Source: Penicillus capitatus (Eukaryota; Plantae; Chlorophyta). From it: DNA of 64,000 nucleotides. Below the pieces are notes generated by a model, which had not been told where the DNA came from, ran no database searches, and saw nothing but the letters and a program-made list of their open reading frames with translations. Within the stretch, counting starts at the first letter, position 1; each line of letters starts with the position of its first letter. Below, in pieces: positions 21,384 through 33,093 of this stretch. The translations under genes were made by a program, and so were the position numbers. The stretch lies in NCBI GenBank assembly GCA_965649825.1, contig OZ287694.1:1949292-2013291 (forward strand), read 5' to 3'.

Positions 21384-24239
21384 ATGTCGGCGAAACTGGC
21401 ACAACGATTTCTTGGCGCTCCATTTGAGAAAGGTACGTCTGCCGCTTCGCAATGCCAAACGGAGACGCCGACGATTTCGCCGTTTAGTGTTGCTCAAGGA
21501 CTCCAAGGATTGGAAACTGCATCTGCCGGCCGAGAAAATCGATGACAGAGACGTTGGCACGCCCGACGGATGGATTCCGCGTAACCCGGCGCTGCTGCGC
21601 CACACGGGACGCCATCCCTTCAACTGCGAACCTCCTCTGGACCAGCTCACGGAATCCGGATTCATCACACCCGTCTCACTGCACTACGTGCGAAACCATG
21701 GCGCGGTACCCAAGCTCGAGTGGAAGAGCCACCGCATCGAGATTAAGGGCCTCGTCGACCGACCCATGTCGTTGACCATGGACGATATTCTGAAGTTCCC
21801 GAGCACGACGATTCCCGTTACGCTGGCGTGCGCCGGCAACCGGCGCAAGGAGACGAACATGGTGAAGAAGACGGTTGGCTTCAACTGGGGTCCAGGAGTG
21901 ACCTCGTGCTCCTACTGGACAGGTCAGGAATCATCCATACCGAAAAAGTGTGAGATTGAATGAGATGTGTTACAGGAGTGCATTTGCGCGACATCTTGCT
22001 GCATGTCCAAACGAAGTCGCCTTATGCGGGAGCCACGCATGTCTGCTTCCGTGGACCCACTGGCGAAGTGCCCAGGGGAGAGGATGGGTCATACGGGACG
22101 TCGATCAACCTGGGTCACGCCCTGGATCCTTCCAACGACGTCATTCTGGCCTACAAACAGAACGACCGATGGCTGACGCCCGATCACGGCTTTCCCATTC
22201 GTCTGATCGTACCGGGCTTTACGGCCGGGCGCATGGTGAAGTGGCTCAGCGAGATCACCGTCTCCGACAGAGAGAGCAACAACTTCTACCATTACAACGA
22301 CAACCGCGTCCTTCCTCCCCACGTGGACGAAGCCCTGTCTAAGGAAGAAGGTGAGCAGAGAAGCGCCCTTGTGCATGACTGACATGGACTGCCGCCGCAG
22401 GATGGGTCTACAAGCCCGAGTTCATCGTCAATGAGCTCAACATCAACGCCGCCGTCTCCAGACCGTGTCACGATGAGACGCTGGTGCTCAAGGCGAACAG
22501 TCCCTACACCGTGAAGGGATATGCCTACACGGGTGGCGGCCGCAAAGTGATCCGCGTGGAGGTGTCGCTGGACGATGGCAAGACCTGGCGGTTGGCTGAG
22601 ATCGACCGCATGGATGCGGAGACGCCGTTCGGAAAATCGTGGACGTGGAGTTTCTGGAGACTGGAGATGCACCCTTTCGATTTTCTGTACGCGGATGAGA
22701 TGGTGATCCGCGCCGCCGACTCCGCACAGAACTTCCAGCCGGATCAGTCGACCTGGAACATGATGGGAATGATGACGAACTGTCACTTCAGAATCCGCAT
22801 CCACAAGAAGATGTGTGACGACGGCACACTCTCCGTCCGATTCCAGCACCCAGCGCCGCCAGAGGTGGGCGCTCTGGGGAACGTCGGATGGAGAGAGGAG
22901 GAATCCAAGGCCCACCAGCAAGAAGCGCCTACCATTGCTGCTCCCCCTGCCGTTCCGCCTCTGTCCAGACTCTCGAGCCTCTCGGCCACCATACTGACGG
23001 CCACCGTGGAGCTGCCAACAGGTGAAGTTATTTCCCGCTCCGTCCTTGTTGAGTGTCGTCCGTCTAGTGAACGAGACCTACACGATGGCGGAGGTGAAGC
23101 AGCACACGACGGACGAGTCCTGTTGGTTTGTGCACGAGGGCAAGGTCTACGATGTGACGTCGTACTTGGAGGATCACCCGGGAGGTGCCGAATCCATCCT
23201 GCTGGAGGCAGGAGGCGATGCAACTGTCGAGTTCAACGCAATTCATTCTTCCAATGCCAGATCTATGCTCGACAAGTACTACATCGGGGATCTGGACACC
23301 TCGGCGCCCGAGCCTGAAGCCGCACCCAAGGCGGAAGTCCCAGAGATACGCGAACCCGTCATGCCGGTTCGGCGAAAACCCATGTCTCCAGTACACAGGG
23401 AGGCACCGGCGGCGCTCAACCCGAAGGCCAAAATCTGCTGCACGCTTTCGGAAAGGGTCGAACTGAACCACAACACGCTGCTTCTGCGTTTCGCTCTGCC
23501 GTCCTCCGATCAAAAACTGGGACTGCCCGTCGGACAGCACATGTACCTCTATGCAGGTAGCCCTGCATCTCCCCTTCCTTCGCCCGGCAGCTGACTGTGT
23601 CTTGCAGATATCGAGGGTGAGGTGTGCATGAGAGCGTACACGCCGACTAGCTCCGACGAGCTGGGCTTCTTCGACTTGGTCGTCAAGATCTACCGAGCGA
23701 ACGAGCATCCCGATTTCCCAGAGGGCGGCAAGATGTCTGCCTTCTTGGAAAAGATGGAGGTCGGCGACGCGATCAGCGTCAAGGGACCCACGGGTCACTT
23801 CAAATACGTCGGCAAGGGAGAGTACGTCAACAACCGACGTCCAGGAAAGGCGAAGCAGCTGTCCATGATTGCGGCGGGTACGGGCATCACGCCGATGTAC
23901 CAAGTGATCAAGGCCGTCCTCAACGATCCGTTCGACGAGACCGACATCAAGCTTCTCTACGTCAACCGACACGTTCACGACATTCTCCTCCGCGACGAGC
24001 TGGATCAGCTGGCGCTCCTGCATCCGAATTTCGATATCTGGTACACACTGACGGCTCCTCCCGACGGTTGGAGTTTCTCCACGGGGCGCGTCAATCTGGA
24101 GATGCTGGAGAGAACGCTCTTCTCTGCATCCGAAGATGGCCTCGTTCTCATGTGTGGACCGCAGCCCATGTTGGAAAGCGGTTGCAAACCGAATCTGGAG
24201 AAGCTGGGATGGGACAAGAGCCAGATGATGGAGTTCTGA
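21384..24239 (+). CDS. NIA1: Assimilatory NAD(P)H nitrate reductase, 866 aa, 6 exons
   Basis: Moco domain TGRHPFNCEPP, TLACAGNRRKE, GFNWGP, PDHGFPIRLIVPG, GRMVKWL; dimer domain YAYTGGGRKVIRVEVSLDDG; cytochrome b5 EDHPGG; FAD/NADH RAYTP, AAGTGITP, MCGP. Introns 21433-21487, 21923-21975, 22351-22400, 23022-23067 and 23557-23607 give a 2601-nt open frame. Confidence 0.97.
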
Positions 24240-27200
24240 TCGACCCGCTTGCGAGCACGTCTCGTTACTATTTCATTCAATTCTTCGTATCTATCTGCCA
24301 ACGGTAACCCATTTAGAACGCATCCCTGCCTAGTACCTCTGCCAGAGGTATCCCCTTCATTACATGCCGCTTCGGCTACACAACTGAACGTTCTTTCCGT
24401 GTTCCATTGATGTCTCTTCTAGAGCACCGTATCTCTAAAATCCGCAATTCGTGCGGATTTCCTTCTTATACATACATGCGGTTCAGTACCTGAACCAAAT
24501 TTTGAGTTCCCTGTTTCTGATTGTGACGATCGATGCCATCAACAGAAATGGCATCTTCTAATTCATGTCCATGATTAGGCAATCCGATTTTTGAGAAACG
24601 CATTCGATCGCGGTTCCCACGTACGGACGACCACCAGAAAGCTCAATCCACCAGACCTCCTTCATGAATCCCTGCCATACACGGTACACGATATCGGCGT
24701 GCGATCGAAACAGGCTGTTCCATCTGTCTATGCACACGGCATTTCTACCTGTCGATAGAGAAGAAGTAACCTGACAGCAGTGATCATCACATGTTGGAGG
24801 CGTCGCTGTCTGATGCGATTACACTGCCTTGATGTCTAGGAACCGTCCAGCTGGTGACAGGTAAATGCTGCAAGGCCCATATTGTCAGAGGGTCTTGACA
24901 CCGCTCCAAAATATTCTTTGGGGCCACGACCCCGACGCCGTCCTATCGATGGGCCAGCCGCGAACGGAAAACATCGTTGCGTCGGGGGTTACAGTGAAAT
25001 GACCCTCTCGCAGAGTCTGAAGACATCGCATACCGGCCTCGTCTACGCGCTTCGCGGGATGGCAGCTGTTCGATTCCAACAGCGCCTAGAATGCGTCGTC
25101 TGCTCCCACGAGCGACAGTAAGTAGACGGGCCAGACAGCAGCGGAGTGGGTCAGAAGAGGTCGCCGCTTTCGATGCAGCGCCTCGTCGCCTACCGAATGA
25201 CCTTGCTCAGACGATCTTCAGCACATGTCATGCCTCCATGCCGATCTGTCTCGTTTCATTTGCATAGAAGATTCGCGGGCTGCACGGAAGAAGGGGTGAA
25301 ATCCACGAGTCGTTCGTTCTCGACGCTGACAACGCGAGAACATACCGTCCTGCCGCTCGGTCGGTTCGGACGGCGGTATCATCGAACGAATGGGTGGATG
25401 GTCGCGCCGGCTGCCAGAGTGCACCCACCTCTCGAAAACCGAGTCCGGATTCTGACGCGTAAACAGTCCGTCGCCTGCAAGCAGTCGCCGGGATACGACG
25501 CACCGCGGCGAGCGTTCTTTGCTGTCTGTCCATCATCCTTCTGGACGGAGCCACTGTTCGTGAATGTCGACTCTTTCGTCGAGGACACGCCTATCGGCAG
25601 AAGCAAGCTGTGATGGCCAAGCTGTGAAGTGTCCGTTTCCTCCTTCGCATGACATCGAACGTTGCTGTATGTGGGTCGTAGTATCAGCGAGAAACGGAAC
25701 CAAGCGACGGCATCTTCGCGCCCGGGCGGCCGACTCAAACCTTGCGAAGAAAAGGTAGCGTCCATCCCTCTTACACAGCGACCGTACAAAGCGATGAACT
25801 GCGTTTCGTCTCTCAGAGAGACTGCCTCGCTGCGTGCTGCGTGGCGAATGGACGATAACCGCCAGGCGTATGCGCACCCGGTGGCAGTCACATCGTGACT
25901 GTTCTCGAATGCGTGCACGAGAATCATCAGCACGCTTTCCATGCAACACCAGCAGCCAAGTCGCAGGCGATGGATGCGACCGAACTGGAAAATGTGTTCG
26001 TCAGCAAACGAGGCAGTGCCGAATCCGGACACGTCACTTCGAGTTTGCTGTCTGGATTGAGAACGCGAACTCCAGCTGCATGGTGTAAATTCGAGCATAC
26101 CTCCTGATTACTGCCATCTTCCTTTACGCGTTTGTCCCTTCTGTTTCTCCGAGGCTCTTCGCACTTCGTTTAAACATCATGACTGCCAACGCAGCTGTGC
26201 TCGTCTTCGCCGCTATCCTCTGCCTCCACGCAGCAAGATTTCTTCTTCCACAGCACCCCTCGATGGTGACTGCCTGGTGTTCTCGTAGGCGTGTGCTTAC
26301 CGCCCCACCACAGAGTCGGTCGTCGACGAGAACGGACGCGTCGTCGGCGAACTGTTCTTGACAGAAGGGCTTGCCAATAGTACGGCTGCGTGGCGAAATC
26401 CTTTTGTTCACTGTGGTTGCGTATGTGTAGCTTATGATCGCAAATTCCTAGCAAATCCTGCAAAATCGTTTGGCACTAAAAGCGTGCGAGAATGCGAGCA
26501 GGTCATGTGCGGAACAAGTGCGTTGCCGGGTCTGTCTGTTCCGTAGAGTCTTTGAATGGGGTTGGCTGTCTGCAGAAGGCATTGTCGCATGGGACTATTG
26601 GTCGGAAGCCTATCTATGCAGGGGATTCACGTTCAAGCCTCCGGAAATACTCTATTTTAGCTGGCGCACAGACTACTGCTAAATCCCGTAGCCTAACAGG
26701 CGAGAAGCTGATCGCATTCTTTCCGGCATAAGTTCTGGGGATTTTGCATGACTCTCTGGATCCATCCGGTTACCTGACAATGTTTGATTTAATGAACGTC
26801 AGCAGCCGTTTTTTGAACTCAGTCGCACAACGCGCGTTCCTTAGCGACGGCACACAGATCGCCGTCCTCACTGAGCTCTTTCCGCATGTTCAGCGTGCCT
26901 TTGGTTATAGCGCAGCAGATACCAGACTCCAACGCATCCACGAAAAAGATACGCAACGTTCGCGAAGAGAGATGAACTGTAGCGCTGGTCATCGCCGAAG
27001 CCTGGGTTGCGGGCAAACCAAGGGGGACTCACGCGTCATCGGGATTCCTATTTAACGTGACGTGCAGGAGGCAGACGGCGATGCATGCAGCCCCACACGT
27101 TTGAGATTCTCTCTACCAGGGGACAGCACCCTTCGATCCATCACGTTTCGCCATCCTTCGCGCCCGTCGGAGTAGGGAGGAACTGAGCAATGACGCTTCG

Positions 27201-28727
27201 TTGCCAGAATGTAAAACAAAGTCGGACACACAGTTGTTGGGCATCGGGCTTGCAGATAGGCAGACCACTATGAAATCCGTTTAGGCGAGTCATGACGCAC
27301 ATGCGTTTGGATCCGCTCGGCACAGATAACGAGGACTCTTAGCGGGGGCACTTTTGCATTCGCCTTCACCGTTCACCGTGCAGAAGCTGCTGCTGCGTGA
27401 AGGATGTCACTTTCTTCAGCAAAGGACACGTCACGTCATTCTGATCTCCATCGATCTCATGGAAGGCTGAGTGACGCCGATCGGTAAAGAGTGACCAGAA
27501 ACGGCAGAGTTGGGAGGGATCCACTGGAGAAGAGCAGTTCTGCGCAGTCGCCATAAGAAAGACGCGTTCCTAAAAGGCTTCTGTATGGGTTCCGAGCGCC
27601 ACTCGATCACACATCTCACACTGAGTGAAGGCTGAAGGTTGAATGCTCGAACCGGATCGGCCAAGCCCCAGAGACGTCCCATCAACGACAGGATGCGTTC
27701 TTCGTTGGGAACAGCAGGCATGTGTAGAATGGCTGACGTCTGAACCTAGACCCGACGTCGACTCCGAAGGCGACACCCCGCCGGACGGCGCATTCACCCA
27801 TTCGCCTCGTCTAAAGAGAGCCGACGCTCGACGCTTGTCTCGGAGAGATGGAGAACAGTGAGGTGCGCATCCATCCCGGATCAAAGAGCTGACCGAAGGT
27901 GAACACACCGGCGGCCGTTCGAACAACGGAGGAGTCGGTTTGGACGACGGCGTCTTGCACAGAGCTATTTCGCAAGGGATGGTCAGCAGAAGGATGCACG
28001 AGAAACCTGTCCGTGCTTTCGCCGCAGTGAAGGGACGCGTTTCGTGGTTTGGTGAACTGGTGTGATTCTGAAGACGCTTTGAGAAGGTTCTTGTTGGCAA
28101 GGATCTGTTTGTCCGCGACAACGTCAGCAGCTCGTTACCAAGGCAGTTAGATCGTCATCTAGACTCTCGTTCGCTGTCTTCATGCGATGCTGAACACCGA
28201 TCCCAGGAAGACGCATTTCAAGAGTTCAGTCGATGGTGCCGATGTGGATGCCGAGCTGTGGATGTTCAAACAACACAAGTGGCTGTTTCTGTGAGATTAG
28301 CAAGGATCAGAGATCTCTATGTGATGGATGGTCTGTAGATGTATGAAATCGTAATGTGCGAAACGAGTGTCCGAATTGAAGATCTGATCTGAAACATCTA
28401 TATTCGCTCTATCTTACCGCGGCTTTGATGCTGAGCGAATCTACCTTCACATAACTCTCTATGAAGTTCAGAAGACATGGATGCTGCGCTCTTACTCAGT
28501 TCTGAGACCGACACGTGCAGTTCTCGCAATCGCTGACATATCTAACAGACCTCCTTTTTTCAGGCACTTGTCAATATAATGCTAAAAGATGGAGACATGA
28601 TTACATGCAATCGTCAACAGGTTGCTGACAGAATGGACTTCTGCGAGATGACAAAGAAAACGGACAGCGTTCAAACGATCGGATGCCGTGGTGCATCCGG
28701 AAAGAACACTGGATGGTGAAGATCTGT

Positions 28728-29757
28728 TTAGGAGATCGTGCGCATCTTAGGCGCCGCCTCCTCAACCGCGACTCCTGCAGGGCCTTCTGAAATGTATCTG
28801 AGATAACCCGAAAAGATCGTCATGGGCCCATATTTTCCAACAGCTTCCTCGACTCTGGAGAGCGAGCCCGGACGAACGTCGACTTCAATTCTTGCTGAAC
28901 TGCTCTCAGAAAACGTGCTGCGTGCCACCGTCGATTAATCGAACGAAATGCTCGTGCTGACACTGGCCTGAAAAATGCTTCCGAAACTTGCCGATGCACT
29001 TAAAGACGTAGAGAAAGACCCCGCTCTTGTTGACTCTTGTGCCAGACTCGTTCCTCTTCTCCTTTCGAATTCGGCCTTGATATCCGACGTACCATTCCTG
29101 TTGTCAACCTCCACGAGGCTGGCGTACGAATCGGACGCTTCCCATTCCTTTTCACCTTCTTTCCATCCGACGAATTGATTGCGTCCTCTCTCCAGTATTC
29201 TGGATCGTCGTGACAGTAGACCTGAAGTGTTGTCCACACATACACATAGACAGTATTTAAGCCAGAGCCCCGGCGAAATTCGAGGTTGTCGCCCATTTCG
29301 TCGACATAAAGTCTGAATCCTTCTCTCTCAGTGACAGTATCGTAGGCATAGAGGTTGTTGCTTCGGCAAGACCACCATGTCTGATGGGCGACGCTCTTGA
29401 TAGCGAAGATGCCTGGGCTTATCTCGTAGATCTCGTATCGTTCCTCATCGCCGCACTGTGTTTCTACGGCATAGGTATCGTCGTCGACGTCGGTGTTCAG
29501 AAACCTCAAGTTTGGGGCGAGGAAGGCGTAGTAACGCTTTCCGATGCTGACGCCATCGCTACCCGGTCCCACTTGGAAACGCCACAGCTGGCTGGTGTTC
29601 CAGACTCTGACCGTGGAGGGACCATTGACACTTCGCGCCGGCGCGTTCGTCACTTGGACGGTGGAATCGTCCTTGACACTTCGCGTCGGACCCCGCAGCT
29701 CCGTTGCGACTGCTGTTGTAACGAACAACAGCAACACGGCGACGCATTGAACTGCAT
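28728..29757 (-). pseudogene. Secreted fascin-like beta-trefoil + aerolysin/ETX-MTX2-like beta-pore-forming domain, with two lesions
   Basis: Signal-like CVAVLLLFVTTAVA; fascin-like repeats GDEERYEIYEISPGIFAIKSVAHQTWWSC...EREGFRL. A 44-nt GTATGT..CCAG intron (29243-29200) joins this to the frame encoding SFSTSLSASASFGSIFQASVSTSISFD*STVARSTFSESSSARIEVDVRPG. In-frame TAA at 28935-28937; ATG 29757 is one base out of frame. Confidence 0.55.
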
Positions 29758-31234
29758 TTCAGAGACGAGCAGCGGGAAATCGAGGGCAAGAAGAAACGCT
29801 GTTGAAAAGGTCGACGGGCTGTTTCACAAAGACCCACCGACCACGTATAAATAGGCACGTCGGCGCTGTCCGCGCTGTCCATCGGCGCAATCCGCGCTGG
29901 CTTTCTTCTCTATCGATGGCTTGTGAAGCAACCCTATAGACGACGGCAGGTTCGATAAATGTCTTGCTGTCTGCGCAGCTGAAGGCCATCTGAATCTGAG
30001 TTGCCAAGGTATTCTTGTGCTATTCTTGGAGAATGGTTGGACATACATAGTTTTGGGTTTGAGGATTTTGTCTACAAGGAGGAGATCGTATCTAAAAGAA
30101 CAAAGCTGTTGTTTAAACCACAGCATACATATGTTAAATGCCAAGTTTAACAATAGTCTCCACTTATCATATTCTTCTTGTAACCGGTTTTGAACGAAAA
30201 GCGGATTGAATGAAATCTGTCTACATTTGCAAAAAGATTCGAGCCGGTATTCCGTTTCCTCCTTCGTACATAGAGCAGGTTTAATGAACGAACGGATCCA
30301 GATGGCGATTGTCATACACCATGACCCGATCCACAAGCACAGCCAGGATTCACTCCTGCGAATCTCCTGCTGATGCCTGGACAACTGAAAGCGATAGGAG
30401 TGAGACTCATGCAAAACTAACTACCTGACGCATCCTGTGTCCCTCGATTCGTACGATGTGACCGCGATGTGACGCTTCATCCTGTCGTTTGCTGCATCTC
30501 ACGGATACAGCGAATATCTGCTCTCAACTCTTCGAATACATACATCCCTGTCGATGTCGCGCTCTACATGGACTGTCTATGAACGCTGGCTGCGTACAGA
30601 ATCTCTTCTCTTGGAGAAGGCAGAATCCGTGACAATGACGTCGAGGAGCATTCCTGGATCGATCACCTGATAGAAACGATCTATATCCAATCCTCCGGAA
30701 TCAGACTATATCGCCAGCCCAACGAAGAACGTAACAGCGAAGAGTCTTAAAGAGCTTGCAATCCGTGTGCCGCAGTGCTGCCGCCCACCAAGTTCATAGA
30801 ACAGTCTCACAGCAGAAGGCAATGCCATTTCCAGGTTGCGCAGTCTGACGCGACACAATCAGACTCCCTGCGAGTTTGAGAGAAGCGTCGACCATTCTGC
30901 TTTTTGTTCCCTTCTCCATTCACATGCCTCTGTCATTGGTCCTGCCTGACTCACGGCTGACTTAACGCCTTCATGCGAAAGCAGCACAGACCACGAGTGC
31001 TCCAGACTTTACCGACCTCTCCCCGAACATGGCGTTATGCGATTACTGCTTGTGACCCATTCATCATCCCTTTCACCGTCATCCAAAGAATCAGAAACTG
31101 TGCGCAAAGGTCACGACATCTGCAGCGCTCCCGAAGATCTGTTCGCTGAAGGAATGTTGATACTCCAGCGAAGATCTCCCGAGTTCTTATACGACCTATA
31201 AGCCAAGGGTCGATTAGTACATTGACAGCTCGCG

Positions 31235-31960
31235 GCAACAGACGGTAGCCGTAACGAGTCCACGTTCCGCCTTTCGGTGACATGGACATTGGGTCTCGCG
31301 AAAGATCTGTATGGACGAAGGAATCGGCTCGCCGATGTTGCACGCACACGGGAACCTCGTCCAGAAAAGAGACGCGTGTCTTCTTTGAATTTGAACAACA
31401 CTGCCTATTAGATGCGTTGTTAATGGCGGGCGTGGAACGAACGAGCACGCTGCCCTGGAGAAGGTCGTCGAGGAGGTCGTCCACGTGCCAGACTTCGATC
31501 TACGGTTGTATACGCTCGTAGAAATACGGAAGGCAAGAAGGACGATTGTACGTGTTGGGGTTTGAAGTGTGGGGTGGATGATAGGATCTTTGCGTCTTAG
31601 GTGTGGTTGGTAAGCGATCCGCTGAACGCCTGTCGCATCAATCAGTGCAGAGGAGCTACTAAGGTTGGGAGGAGACGATGGGTGCCGAGAAACGCCTCGA
31701 CAGAACGCCGCATGGCGTCGACACAGGCATGTCACATCAACGCGTCTGTTGTCTGGAAGGTGACGCTTCGGCGGAGAAGGCGTCAACGTCTCGACGATGG
31801 CGTGGAATGAACGTTTTTCACGAAAGGGATCGAAATGAGAGACGTCGCGTGGCTTCTAGCATTTCGCCAAGCCGAGTGCTCAGGGTTGGCAGCAAATCCG
31901 GTACGGCCACCCACTCTTCCTCACTTTCTGTGTTTGCATGTTTGTCGCCTTGTTCTTTGC
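31235..31960. repeat. Segmental duplication upstream of NLR copy 2, matching 39445-40500 upstream of copy 3
   Basis: Shared blocks include CCGCATGGCGTCGACACAGGCATGTCACATCAACGC, CTGGAAGGTGACGCTTCGGCG.AGAAGGCGTCAACGTCTCGA, GATCTACGGTTGT.TACGCT and TGGGAGGAGACGATGGGTGCC. Weaker similarity extends down to ~30700. Confidence 0.85.
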
Positions 31961-33093
31961 GATATCCTGCAGTTCCGGAGAGATTCTCATGTTGAAAGGG
32001 CCGCGGTTCGCGATGCAATTGAGTCCTGTCGACGGGGTGCGGACAACTTAAACGTACAGACAGATATCCGAATTCAAGTCCTTGGCTATCATACTGCTCA
32101 CTCCATTACGAGATGCGGCAGTCAAGACGCGATGGAATCGAAGATACAGATAATCGCATCCCAGTGAAAAAAGCCCTTGAAGATGCACGCCCAACACTAT
32201 CTACCAGCATGGCAATGTGTTGCACTCTACCGAGCTGCGTGCTGGACATTATCCTCCAAATCGTCTGAAGTCTTGCTGCTATTCTTTGCTGGAGCTCGGC
32301 CCAGAGAGTGGGATGTGGCAACGACACTCGAGATCTTCGTGGCTATACTTCTGGAAAGGCTTCGATTGGTTGCACACAGAGATCATCGACCCTTTGCTAG
32401 ACACATTGAAGACCGATTGCCGAATGCGAGGAGCGAAAGTGTTACCTGTTGCACAGGCACTGGCTGTGATGCAGTTTCTGGTCTACCTAAGTCAACTGCC
32501 GGCTCATCTTTCGATCGTACCTAGAATGGCTTTTCCGAAAAAGTAGACGATAGAGCTGTTTGCAATGCAGCGTCGAATTTCGTGCGCTGTGCTCTTTGCT
32601 GGCGACGCATCTGACAGCTGCCAGATTAGATTCAGTCTCACACCATCGTATTTACAGGGCTGCAGAGAATGTTTTCGTGCAAAGTCGTTTTCATCCCCAC
32701 AGGATGCGAAAGCGCTCTGATCGAAGTGCATTATTCTTACATCAAGTCTTCTAAATCCTTGGCCAGATAGATACCCAGTAAGCTCTTCGACATCTTCTAT
32801 CTTTTCTTCTATTGAATGATGGTTTAGATTGAAGGCTATTCTCACACAATTGGGAGAAACAAGGTTCGAGAAAGTGGTTACAAGCCAAAAAGATAAGGAG
32901 AGGACGCTGCAGACATTTGGACGCCAATCTATCCGTTCGGAGATTTTGATGAATGTCATCAAAGTGCAACCACTGCATTCAAACCTCTGTCCGGTTTGTT
33001 ATCAGCATCTTAAACGACGCTGGAACGACAAGTTTCGCGTGCACTTGTTGTGACCTCGACGCCACCCATCTCATTTGCATAAGTTGTCCGAAT

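Noticed and set aside
28935-28937. TAA/TAG reassigned to Gln (as in some ulvophyte algae) to explain in-frame stops
   Set aside because: Frames of more than 900-1200 codons contain no TAA/TAG, use CAA/CAG for Gln, and two NLR genes end at TAA at aligned positions.
29846-29853. TATAAATA flanked by CACGT as the promoter of the toxin-like gene
   Set aside because: The canonical orientation is on the opposite strand to the gene, and such 8-mers occur by chance; it needs TSS data.
20050-31230. Nitrate reductase block as a clean insertion splitting one MATH-like gene into two halves
   Set aside because: The ~31 kb copy shows weak similarity extending to ~30700, overlapping the part matched by the 19-20 kb copy. 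These look like two separate copies rather than complementary halves.
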